A stretch of 64,000 bases of DNA from the NCBI RefSeq assembly GCF_009914755.1, contig NC_060944.1. One strand, written 5' to 3'. The DNA comes from the human T2T-CHM13v2.0 reference genome, Homo sapiens. Below the pieces are notes generated by a model. The model had not been told where the DNA came from. It made no database searches and worked only from the letters and a program-made list of their open reading frames with translations. Of this stretch, positions 1 to 22,988 are shown one piece after another. Within the stretch, counting starts at the first letter, position 1. The number at the start of each line of letters is the position of its first letter. The position numbers were made by a program, and so were the translations under genes.

Positions 1-7330
<7,330 letters not shown>

Positions 7331-7457
7331 AGAGATTTCTTTAAATATCTAGTGGCAAAAAGGATAAAGAGGCCGGGCGCAGTGGCTCACGCCTGTAATG
7401 CTAGGACTTTGGGAAGTGGAGGCGGGTGGATCACTTGAGGTCAGGAGTTTAAGATCA

Positions 7458-7760
<303 letters not shown>

Positions 7761-8018
7761 TCAGCCTTTACTTCTTGCTCCCATGGAGCCTAAGGATGAA
7801 CCAGAGGTGAAAGTTGAGGGCCTCCTCAGGTGTTTCTGAGCCCCTGTCTAGCCCCAGCTGTGTGCATGGCCTTCTGGATTTCCAAGCATGAACAGGAGCT
7901 TTCCAAAGCCCTTAGACCTTCATGTAGCTCTTTTCCCAGCCTCTTCCTTCCTAGGCTTTTCTGTCAGCTCTTTGCCCATCTGTTGTTGTCCCTCCCCCAC
8001 AACTTCAGGTAGTATCTA

Positions 8019-8409
<391 letters not shown>

Positions 8410-8640
8410 TCAGGGAGACACTAGAAAGATCCAAATGCATAAGCAGGATTCCTTGAGAAAAGGTCTGTATCATCCCTTCTGACACCAGCAAGCCACATCA
8501 GAAATACAGGTTGCCTTCCCCATGGCTACATGTGAGCTGGTAGTAGTGGCTGAGCAGAAATAGCCCAGCTGTCCTCCTGAAATTTAGCAGGGTCTTACTT
8601 CATTGAGCAGTCATCTGGTTCGTAGACACCAGAGTTACAG

Positions 8641-8748
8641 AAAAGTTTATTGGGAGGTTTTGACAGTTTAATAGAAAAAAGTTTATTGTGACAGTTTTGA
8701 CAGCTGAATAGAAAAAAGTTTATTGTGACAGTTTTGACAGCAGAATAG
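8641..8748. repeat. ~36-37 bp tandem repeat, ~3 copies (AAAAGTTTATTGTGACAGTTTTGACAGCTGAATAG)
   Basis: GTTTATTG at 8645, 8681 and 8718. Confidence 0.85.
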
Positions 8749-8933
8749 TTGCTTTGCTGGAGAGACGGATCTTTGGAGCTGCCAACTCCATCATTTTGGT
8801 GATATCCAGCTCTGTTGCTGAATTTTTAGCTATGCTGTTTTAAGTTATTTTCTTAGTGGTTGCTCTAGAGATGACAATGTACATCTTTAACTTACCACAA
8901 TGTACTTCAGATTATTACTAACTTAACACTTAA

Positions 8934-9056
<123 letters not shown>

Positions 9057-9324
9057 TGAGTAGCTGGGACTACAGGCACCCCCACCACACCCGGCTAATT
9101 TTGTATTTTTAGTAGAGATGAGGTTTCACCATGTTGGTCAGGCTGGTCTCGAACTGCTGACCTCAGGTGATCCGCCCATCTTGGCCTCCCAAAGTGCTGG
9201 GATTACAGGTGTGAGCGACTGCACTGAGCCTAAGTATGGCAACGTGTCTATAACATAGATCTACTTCCGTTGTACTATGACATAGTTCCCCCTCCATTTT
9301 CCTATAGCACAGTCCCAACCTCCC

Positions 9325-9969
9325 TTTTCCTCTGACATAGTTCCATCCTCCCTCCTCCTATGACGTCCTCCCTTCTCCTCTGGCATAGCTCCATCCTCCC
9401 TTCTCCTATGACACAGCTCCATCCTCCCTTCTCCTCTGACATAGCTCCATCCTCCCTTCTCCTATGACACAGCTCCATCCTCCCTTCTCCTCTGACATAG
9501 CTCCATCCTCCCTTCTCCTGTGTCATAGCTCCATCCTCCCTTCTCCTCTGACACAGCTCCATCCTCCCTTCTCCTCTGGCATAGCTCCATCCTCCCTTCT
9601 CCTATGACACAGCTCCATCCTCCCTTCTCCTATGACACAGCTCCATCGTCCCTTCTCCTATGACACAGCTCCATCCTCCCTTCTCCTATGACACAGCTCC
9701 ATCCTCCCTTCTCCTCTGGCATAGCTCCATCCTCCCTTCTCCTCTGACATAGCTCCATCCTCCCTTCTCCTCTGACATAGCTCCATCCTCCCTTCTCCTC
9801 TGACATAGCTCCATCCTCCCTTCTCCTCTGACATAGCTCCATCCTCCCTTCTCCTCTGACATAGCTCCATCCTCCCTTCTCCTCTGACATAGTTCCATCC
9901 TCCCTTGTCCTCTGACATAGCTCCATCCTCCCTTCTCCTCTGACATAGCTCCATCCCCTCTTCTCCTTC
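9325..9969. repeat. 28 bp minisatellite, ~23 copies (ACATAGCTCCATCCTCCCTTCTCCTCTG)
   Basis: Period 28 (e.g. 9721 and 9749); source of the repetitive ORFs 9302-9984. Confidence 0.95.
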
Positions 9970-10032
9970 ATGTATTATTGCCATATATACATTTATGTAT
10001 GTTATAACTTCAGCTCTTCAGCGTTATAATTA

Positions 10033-10425
<393 letters not shown>

Positions 10426-10436
10426 TCAGGAGTTTA

Positions 10437-10790
<354 letters not shown>

Positions 10791-10809
10791 TTAAAAAAGA
10801 AAGAAATTC

Positions 10810-14290
<3,481 letters not shown>

Positions 14291-14305
14291 TGCTCAGATT
14301 TTTAA

Positions 14306-14504
<199 letters not shown>

Positions 14505-15271
14505 TAACCGTGTTAGCCAGGATGGTCTCGATCTCCTGACCTTGTGATCCGCCCACCTCGGCCTCTCAAAGTGCTCGGATTACAGGTGTGAGCCACCACG
14601 CACGGCCTTAAATTCTATTTTTTAGTCTGGCTTCCTAGCAGTTGCTTCTGTGTTTGCATATGGTAGTGGTCAGCCAGGGATTTGGGCAAGAGGGTGTGCT
14701 CAAACACTCCTAACCCAAAAGGCTCCCCACCACACCATGTGGTTTCAGAGCACGTTGTGAGTTCAGCCAGCCCCTCTCTCTTTGCTTTCACTTCACCCTG
14801 GCCTCTCTTGGAGCTCCCAACACCTGCAGTGGTTTCCTCAAGAGCCAGGCCCTTCCTGGGAGAGCTGAGCCCTTCTGTGGCTCTCATTTTCAGAGTCTTC
14901 CTGTTAAGTATCTGGCTGGCCCAGTGCTCACTCCAGCTGGGATCACAGCCCCAAATGATCAGGGCTGTCAGTTTTCTTTGTAAGTGTTTATCGAGTCACC
15001 ACTTTTAACTACGAGGCCTGGGTTTTCCCTTCTGTCCCACATCCACCTCTGCTGCTGCTGGTTTTTGCAGCCAGCCTTGACCTGGTAAATCACTCAGATT
15101 TGCTGACTCAGGAGTAGGAGCCAGGGGCAGCCCCAGGTGCAAAGGCTGTAGACTTCCCAGTATTCTGGCCCAAGGCCCAACATTTTTCAAGAAGAATCTC
15201 TTCTCAGTGAGTTCTCAGCTTTGGTCAGTTTCCAGAACTCTGAAAAGTTCTAAATCAGTGAGTTTTGATAA

Positions 15272-15436
<165 letters not shown>

Positions 15437-16289
15437 TAATTATAGGCGCACGCCATCACACCGGCTCATTTTTAAATTTTTGGTAGAGGTGGGGTTTCAC
15501 CACGTTGGCCAGGCTGGTCTCAAACTCCTGACCTCAAGTGATCCGCCTACCTCAGCCTCCCAAAGTGCTGGGATTACAGGCGTGAGCCACCGCTCCCGGC
15601 CCATATTCGATTCAACGACCTCTCTACTTGAGTGTGGCTGGAACTCAGAAGCTTCTTTTAGTTTTAGATGTTGTTTGTTTTCAGGGTTAAGTCTTTACTA
15701 ATTCTGGAATGTATTTCTGTCAATGCTGTGAGGTAGGTGATTGGGTTGGGATCTTTTATGTATGAAAACCCAGTTTTTAATTTTCTCTTGTGAAATCCAT
15801 CGTCTTTCTCCTTGCACCCCATCTGTGATGCTTCCTCTGCCACACGAGGCTTTCTGTGTGAGGGGGGGCTCTTCCTGGAGGCTCTCTTTTGCTCCATTGA
15901 TCGATTTGCCTGTTCTCTTGGTTTTCAGTTAACTTCATGGATATGCCATTAACTTCTCTCCATGGTTAGAAATTTAGGTTATTTCCAAGTTTTTCATATT
16001 TGGTTAATATCTTTGTGGCCAAATCTTTACATACATTCTCCTTAAAAATCATGTCACTGAGGCGGAAGGATTACATGAGCCCAGGAGTTCAAGACCAGCC
16101 TGGCCAACATGACAAGACCTTGGCTCAACAAAAAGATTCAAAAATTAGCTGGCATGGTGGCACACTCCCATAGTCCCAGCCACTTGGGAGGCTGAGGCAA
16201 GAGGATTGCTTGAGCCCAGGAGGTCAAGGTTGCAGTGAGCTGTGATCCTACCATGCACTTCAGCCTGGGCAAGAGAGCAAGACTCTACT

Positions 16290-16290
<1 letters not shown>

Positions 16291-16326
<36 letters not shown>
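16291..16326. repeat. (CA)n microsatellite at an Alu tail
   Basis: Direct reading. Confidence 0.9.
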
Positions 16327-16330
<4 letters not shown>

Positions 16331-16596
16331 AATAGAAGCACTTTCTGGGTTAAAGAGTTTACAAATTTCAAGGCTTTTAATATTGTCAAATATTCTAGAA
16401 GAGGTTTTACTAATGATGGTGTGGGTGTGCTGAAGGGGCGTATTTAATCGAATTCACTCTGGGTTTAACCCTCTCTTTTTGAACATGTTCTCAGTCTCCT
16501 TTCAGCCAGTCTCTGCTGCAGTGCATTTGAGGCACAGTCCTGTAGCCCCTGGCGCCCCCGGTCATTGGCAGGGCCCTGTGTGCCTAAGAACAGTAG

Positions 16597-16988
<392 letters not shown>

Positions 16989-17195
16989 TGACCTCGTGAT
17001 CCACCCGTCTCGGCCTCCCAAAGTGCTGGGATTACAGGCGTGAGCCGCTGCACCTGGCCCCTCAGTTGCTTTTGTGGGGTTGAAAGAACTTCCTTTTTGA
17101 AACGATGGCATGGCAGCAGTGGATGGCGGTTGGTTTTTCATGTCTTTATTTGGCAAAGTTGAAGATTGCAGTTCTGTCTGTCCCCACATTTCCTC

Positions 17196-17200
<5 letters not shown>

Positions 17201-17264
<64 letters not shown>

Positions 17265-17266
17265 TG
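17201..17266. repeat. (TC)n(TG)n compound microsatellite
   Basis: Direct reading. Confidence 0.92.
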
Positions 17267-17549
17267 TCTCGGTTTTGGTTTTAATTTTACTGGTTCACTG
17301 ATGCCTAAAAGTCAAGGCATCACTATTTCATAAGCAGGTTCTCCTAGTTTGGGGGAGGACTCAGTCATGCACATACACACCCCCAGCACATCTGCCTTGA
17401 TGCACTGGTGCTGTGGCCTGTGCAGTAGTGAGGCTGTGGGAGCTGCTGTCAGAAGGCTGCTGCCACACTGTGACTCCAGCAGAGGCGATGGGACACACGG
17501 GGCATATTCTGGAGCAGCCAAGTCCATCCCGAGAGAGAATGCGGGTGTC

Positions 17550-18037
17550 TGTGTGTGTGATGTGTGTGAGACTGTGTGTGTGTGTGCATGTGCATACATG
17601 TGTAAAGTGTACAGTTGGCCCTTGTGTGTGTGAGATTGTGTATGTGCATACGTGTGTAAAGTGTACAGTTGGCCCTTGGTGTGTGTGTATGTGTGCATGT
17701 GCATACGTGTGTAAAGTGTACAGTTGGTCCTTGGTGTGTATGTGTGCATGTGCATACGTGTGTAAAGTGTACAATTGGCCCTTGGTGTGTGTGTGATTGT
17801 GTGCATACGTGTGTAAAGTGTACAGTTGGCCCTTGGTGTGTGTATGTGTGCATGTGCATACATGTGTAAAGTGTACAGTTGGCCCTTGGTGTGTGTGTGA
17901 TTGTGCATATGTGTGTAAAGTGTACAGTTGGCCCTGTGTGTGATTGTGTGTGCATATGTGTGTAAAGTACAGTTGGCCCTTTGTGTGTGTGAGATTGTGT
18001 GTGCATACGTGTGTAAAGTGTACAGTTGGCCCTTGGT
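17550..18037. repeat. ~45-55 bp minisatellite, 9 copies of the core TGTGTAAAGTGTACAGTTGGCCCTTGG separated by TG-rich spacers
   Basis: Cores near 17611, 17665, 17720, 17771, 17822, 17875, 17924, 17969 and 18022. Confidence 0.93.
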
Positions 18038-18308
18038 ATCTGCAGGTTCCATATCCATCATTTCAACCAATCTCGAGTTGAAAATAATTGGGGAAGAAAA
18101 GGATGGCTGCGTCTGTACACTGTATAACAACTATTTACATAGCATTTACATCGTATTAGGTACTGCAAGTAATCTAGGGATGATTTAAAGTACGTGGGAA
18201 GATGTGCGTAGGTTATATGCAAACACTATGTCATTATATATAAGGGACTTGAGCATCCTTGGATTTTGGTTTGCACAGGGGGTTTCCCATGGATACCAAG
18301 AGACTACG
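18023..18308. mobile_element. MER2-like (TcMar-Tigger) non-autonomous DNA transposon
   Basis: Begins TA|CAGTTGGCCCTTGGTATC and ends GGATACCAAGAGACT (degenerate TIR). The internal TATAACAACTATTTACATAGCATTTACAT...AGGGACTTGAGCATCC matches my recall of the MER2 consensus. Confidence 0.8.
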
Positions 18309-19390
18309 TGTGTATGCAAGTGTGAGTGTGTATATGCATGTGTGTATATGCATGCCATGTGTGTGCATGTATGTGTATATGCATATATGAGTGAGTGCAC
18401 GTGACAGTCTACACGTGAGGGTGCATGTGTGTGCGCGTGTGGGTGACTGCATATGTGTGTGCATGTGTGGGTGCGGGTGCATCTGTGTGTGCATGTTTGG
18501 GTGCGGGTGCATGTGTGCGTGCACGTGTGTGTGGATGAGAGGTCGCATGTGTGTGGGTGAGGGCGTGTGTGTGTGCATGTGTGTGGGTGAGGGGGCATGT
18601 GTGTGCACGTGTGTGGGTGAGGTGTGTGTGTGCATGTGTCAGGGTGTGTGTGCGCGCATGTGTGTGGGTGAGGGCCTGTGTGTGCGTGTGTGTGGGTGAG
18701 AGATGTGTGCGCATGTGTGTAGGTAAGGGTGCTTGTGTGCGCATGTGTGTGGGTGAGGGCGTATGTGTGTGGGTGAGGGCACGTGTGCGCGCGTGTGGGT
18801 GAGATGGCGTGTGCGTATATCCATGTATGACTGCATCTGTATTTGCATGAGTTCATGTGTGAGTGCATGTTTATACGCGTGTCAGGGTCTCTGTGTATGT
18901 GTATGACGTGTGAGTACATGTGTTAATGTGTGTGTACATGTGTATATGCCTGTGTGCATGTGTGTATGCATGTGTATACATGTGTACTTGTGTATGTGTA
19001 TATGTGTATGTCTGTATATGTGTGTGTATGCCTGTGTACGTATGTATATGCGTGTGTGTATGCATGTGAGTGCATGTTTATGCGTGTGTATGTGTACTTG
19101 TGTGTGCCTGTGTGAGTGCATGTGTGTGTACATGTGTATATGCGCGTGTGCGTATGCGTGTATGTGTACGTGTGTATATGCATGTGTGTGTATATGCCTG
19201 CATGTATATGCACAAGTGTGTATATATGTGTATGTGTGAGTGTATGTGTGCATGTGTATCTGTATGTGCGTGTGTATATGTGCATGTGTGTATGTGTGCG
19301 TGAGTGTGTGCATGTGTGTGTGTATGTGTGCGTGTGTATGTGTGTGCGTGAGTGTGTGAGAGTGTGTATGTATACGCACGCGTGTGTGTC
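18308..19390. repeat. ~1.1 kb degenerate (TG)n/(TA,CA,CG) alternating purine-pyrimidine tract
   Basis: Direct reading; source of the HT/CV-rich ORFs. Confidence 0.95.
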
Positions 19391-19494
19391 TGTCTCCCTC
19401 AGGACAGTGCCCAGGCGGATGGGTCAGTGCTCCTGGGTTGGTTTGCCCCTGGTGGCCCATGTCTGAGCCCTGCCCCTTACGGCTCTGTCTGCAG

Positions 19495-19628
19495 GTTCTC
19501 CCATGGGCAGGTGGTCTCTCTGGATGAGCTGCGCCCCTTCCAGGACCCAGACCTGAGCTCCCTGCAGGCCGGCTCTGCGTGTCTGGCCAAGCACCAGGAT
19601 GGCCTCTGGCACGCAGCACGCATCACCG
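19495..19628 (+). CDS. ZGPAT: ZGPAT coding exon (134 nt)
   Basis: ctctgtctgcag|GTTCTCC...ATCACCG|gtgagg. Confidence 0.93.
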
Positions 19629-22195
19629 GTGAGGCTGGCCGTGGGGGCCTCCCGGGAACACCCTCCCAGGCCCCACGTGTGTTGTCACTGTGTGGCTGCT
19701 CCCTGCTTCCTTTGGGTTGAGTGTCGGGACTCTGGCTCTGGGCCCGAAATGAGCACACCTACCCTCAGCCTCTGCCCTGCCTTGCTCCTCATGTCCAGGG
19801 TGGTTCCCTTCAGTGGCACCTGCTGTCAAGGATTCTGACCTGCAGCTTGTCTCTGCCCCCAGATGTGGACAACGGCTACTACACAGTCAAGTTTGACTCG
19901 CTGCTGCTGAGGGAGGCCGTGGTGGAGGGGGACGGCATCCTGCCCCCACTGCGCACAGAGGCCACAGAGTCCGACTCAGACAGCGACGGTACGGGTGACT
20001 CCAGCTATGCCAGAGGTATGGCAGCAGCTGCGGAGCCCAGGAGCCAGGAAGGTGGGGTCACCCTGAGAGGCTCCTGGCCGGTGAGGGCACCAACCATCTA
20101 ACCAAACTATTGGAGAGTGTGTGACTGCGGCGAGGGTGCCACCTGTGCCTGAGGAGGCCGTGTGGGTAGGGGTAGATCCGTGGCGGCCTTTATCTTCAAG
20201 GAGTGTGGGTGCAACAGCTACAGTCTCATTGATGGGAGGCCATGGTCGTGGCTGTGGCCATGGGAGAGGAGGGGCCTGGAGTTGCCGAGGAAGTCACAGA
20301 AAATGACCAACTGATGGGGCCTGGAGTGCAGGAGGGGCAGCTCCTCTGCATGGCTTCTCAGACTTGGGACCTGGGTGCCTGGGATCCTGGCAGACAGAGG
20401 TTGTGTCCAGACAGCCAGCATGGAAGTTTCGGGAATGGGAACTGGTGGGCAGTGTCCAGCTCTCCAGAGGGGTGTGTGTATGCGTGTGCGTGTGTGTGTA
20501 TATATGTGGGAGGTCACCTGACCCAAGCATGGCGGGCTGAGTCCAGGAGGGGTCTGCATGTTGGAGGTGTACCCAGGGATCAGTGATGGTGGTTTCTGAA
20601 GCCCCATGTCCCTGGTGAAGGAGGACTGAACCAAGGACTCTGTGAGGGCAGGTGAGGCGCTCACAGCCTCGCGAAGGTGGAGAAGGGCAGGGGCAGGAGA
20701 GGGCTGCGGAGGAGGGGCCACGGTGCAGCAGGCCGTGGGGACTGCCATGCACTCTGCCTGGTGTCACATGCCCACAGCAGCCTCGGTGACGAGAGCACGG
20801 AGCCCAAGAGGTGGGGTGTCGTGGCTCTGCCCAGGATCTGAGCTCATTGGTCAAAGCCCGGGTCACCATGCACAATCCTCTGGCCTGGCTGGGCCACTGC
20901 CCTCTGTCCATCTCTTGCAGTGGTGGGGTCGGACGCCGTGGACTCTGCACAGTCCTCTGCCCTCTGTCCGTCTCTTGCAGTGGTGGGGTCAGATGCTGTG
21001 GACTCTGGGACCTGCAGCTCTGCCTTTGCTGGCTGGGAGGTGCACACGCGAGGTATAGGCTCCAGACTCCTCACCAAGATGGGCTATGAGTTTGGCAAGG
21101 GTGAGTACAAGCTGCCCTGGAGAAGTGGGCAGGCTGCTGCAGCATAGCCCAGGTCCAGCAGCCATCAGGTTCCCGGGGTCCCGCAGCCATCGGGTTCCCA
21201 GGGTCCCGCAGCCACAGCACTGCCATCCCCGTGCTCCTCAGATTCCCGGGGTCCCGCGGCCACAGCACTGCCATCCCCGTGCTCCTCAGATTCCCAGGGT
21301 CCTACGGCCACAGCACTGCCATCTCCGTGCTCCTCAGATTCCCGGGGTCCCGTGGCCACAGCACTGCCATCCCCGTGCTCCTCAGATTCCCGGGGTCCCG
21401 CAGCCACAGCACTGCCATCCCCGTGCCTCCGCAGGTTTGGGCCGACACGCGGAAGGCCGGGTGGAGCCCATCCATGCTGTGGTGTTGCCTCGAGGGAAGT
21501 CGCTGGACCAGTGTGTGGAGACCCTGCAGAAGCAGACCAGGGTTGGCAAGGCTGGCACCAACAAGCCCCCCAGGTGCCGGGGAAGAGGGGCCAGGCCTGG
21601 GGGCCGCCCAGCTCCTCGGAATGTGTTTGACTTCCTCAATGAAAAGCTGCAAGGTCAGGCTCCTGGGGCCCTAGAAGCCGGGGCGGCCCCAGCGGGGAGG
21701 AGGAGCAAGGACATGTACCATGCCAGCAAGAGTGCCAAGCGGGCCCTGAGCCTGCGGCTCTTCCAGACTGAGGAGAAGATCGAGCGAACCCAGCGGGACA
21801 TCAGGAGCATCCAGGAGGCTCTCGCCCGCAACGCTGGCCGGTACGTGTGGGGCCCAGCTCAGGGCAAAGGGCGACCCAGGGTGGCCCTGCCCCCGGGATA
21901 CATGCTGGAGGTCACCTGACCCAAGCATAGCGGGCTGAGTCCAGGAGGGGTCTGCATGTTGGAGGACGGGCAGCGGGCACACAGGCAGTGGGTACGGCAG
22001 ACTGGGGTTGGTGGCATGGCCCAGGACCCCACGCTGACTAGTGAGCCCCTCCGCAGGCATAGCGTGGCGTCAGCCCAGCTGCAGGAGAAGCTGGCAGGAG
22101 CCCAGCGCCAGCTGGGGCAGCTCCGGGCTCAGGAAGCCGGCCTGCAGCAGGAGCAGAGGAAGGCAGACACCCACAAGAAGATGACTGAGTTCTAG
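19495..22195 (+). CDS. ZGPAT: ZGPAT (zinc finger CCCH-type with G-patch domain protein, ZIP), 3' part: join(19495..19628,19863..20015,20921..21100,21435..21840,22057..22195); N-terminal coding exon lies upstream of the window
   Basis: Five GT-AG bounded exons splice in frame. They encode a Tudor-like segment (FSHGQVVSLDELRPFQDPDLSSLQAGSACLAKHQDGLWHAARITDVDNGYYTVKFDS), a G-patch ([35 protein letters not shown]) and a coiled-coil C-terminus ending KADTHKKMTEF*. Protein recognised from memory. Confidence 0.96.
19863..20015 (+). CDS. ZGPAT: ZGPAT coding exon (153 nt)
   Basis: ctctgcccccag|ATGTGGAC...GCCAGAG|gtatgg; encodes DVDNGYYTVKFDSLLLREAVVEGDGILPPLRTEATESDSDSDGTGDSSYAR. Confidence 0.93.
20921..21100 (+). 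CDS. ZGPAT: ZGPAT coding exon (180 nt, or 120 nt from the alternative acceptor at 20981); N-terminal part of the G-patch
   Basis: Two tctcttgcag|TGGTGGGGTC acceptors 60 nt apart; donor GGCAAGG|gtgagt. Confidence 0.92.
21169..21434. repeat. 48 bp VNTR, ~5 copies, filling most of the ZGPAT intron 21101-21434
   Basis: CTCCTCAG ends at 21241, 21289, 21337 and 21385; a variant last unit ends at the true acceptor, 21434. Confidence 0.93.
21435..21840 (+). CDS. ZGPAT: ZGPAT coding exon (406 nt)
   Basis: cctccgcag|GTTTGGGC...GCTGGCCG|gtacgt; encodes [13 protein letters not shown]...EALARNAGR. Confidence 0.93.
22057..22195 (+). CDS. ZGPAT: ZGPAT last coding exon (to TAG)
   Basis: cccctccgcag|GCATAGC...GAGTTCTAG. 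Confidence 0.93.
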
Positions 22196-22392
22196 AGACC
22201 CCACAAGCACTATGGACGAAGCGTGGGACCCCAGCACGGGCTGCCCTCAGGAAGACCAGTGTTGCCCGAGGAGGGGCCGGCCTGCTGGCCTGGGGCGTGC
22301 AGACACTGCTGAGTGGAGACAGAGCTGCGGGGTCCCATCTGGACACTTACTTGCCCACCTGCCAGTGTCTTGGGCATTTCCTTGGCAAGGAC

Positions 22393-22398
22393 ATTAAA
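22393..22398 (+). terminator. ZGPAT: ZGPAT poly(A) signal (ATTAAA)
   Basis: First hexamer of this class after the stop, ~200 nt downstream. Confidence 0.7.
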
Positions 22399-22799
22399 GT
22401 GATTTCATCACAGTGTCATTCAGTGGAGATCAGCTGGCTGCAGGGTCTCTGGGGAGAGAAGGGTCTGTGCAGGGCTGTGGTGAGAGACGGGCTGGGCTGG
22501 AGGGGCCTAGGAGGCCGGCATTCTCCCTTCTTACCCTTCTCTGACCAAGGCAGATCGGAGGCCAGGGTGCCCGCCAGGCTGCCTGACACCCACAGATGGG
22601 TGGAGCTCAGTGCTGCTCCAGCGGGCGAGACGGGCGGGAGAGGACTGTGGCCCACCACGTGGGGCACTCTTGGTGAGGCAGGCGGACCTGGCCCTGTGGG
22701 TTTGGGGGTTCTGTGCCAGCTCTGCTCACGTCTTCGTGTGTGGAGGGGTTGTGAGTTAGGCTGTCAGAACAGTGCGGGCTAGAGGCGCACACGTTTCAT

Positions 22800-22988
22800 C
22801 TAGGCTTCGGGCGGGGCGCAGCAGGTGGGTGAGGCTGCGGTGGTGGCTGCTGCCCAGGGTGGGAGGCTCAGGGGAGGCGCTTGGCGACAGGAGCAGGAAG
22901 TGATGAGGTGGGGAGCTCAGCCGAGGGCTGCACAAAGACCTTCCTGGCCTGCCCCAGACAGAGCTGAGGACCCCTGGCCGTGGGCTTG
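22800..22988 (+). promoter_or_regulatory. LIME1: LIME1 proximal promoter and non-coding first exon ending at the donor at 22988
   Basis: Consensus donor TTG|gtaagt at 22989; GC box at 22809, E-box CAGGTG at 22822, RUNX-type TGCGGT at 22836, ETS CAGGAAGTG at 22894. The TSS cannot be determined from sequence. Confidence 0.6.

Noticed and set aside
9302-9984. Repetitive ORFs (MELCQRRREDGAMSEEKGGWS...)
   Set aside because: They come from the 28-bp minisatellite.
17550-18037. CRISPR-like appearance (constant ~27-bp core with variable spacers)
   Set aside because: The spacers are homologous TG-rich sequence, there are no cas genes and the context is human. It is a minisatellite.
17312-19619. Long His/Thr- and Cys/Val-rich ORFs (up to 272 aa)
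   Set aside because: They are translations of TG/CA repeats.
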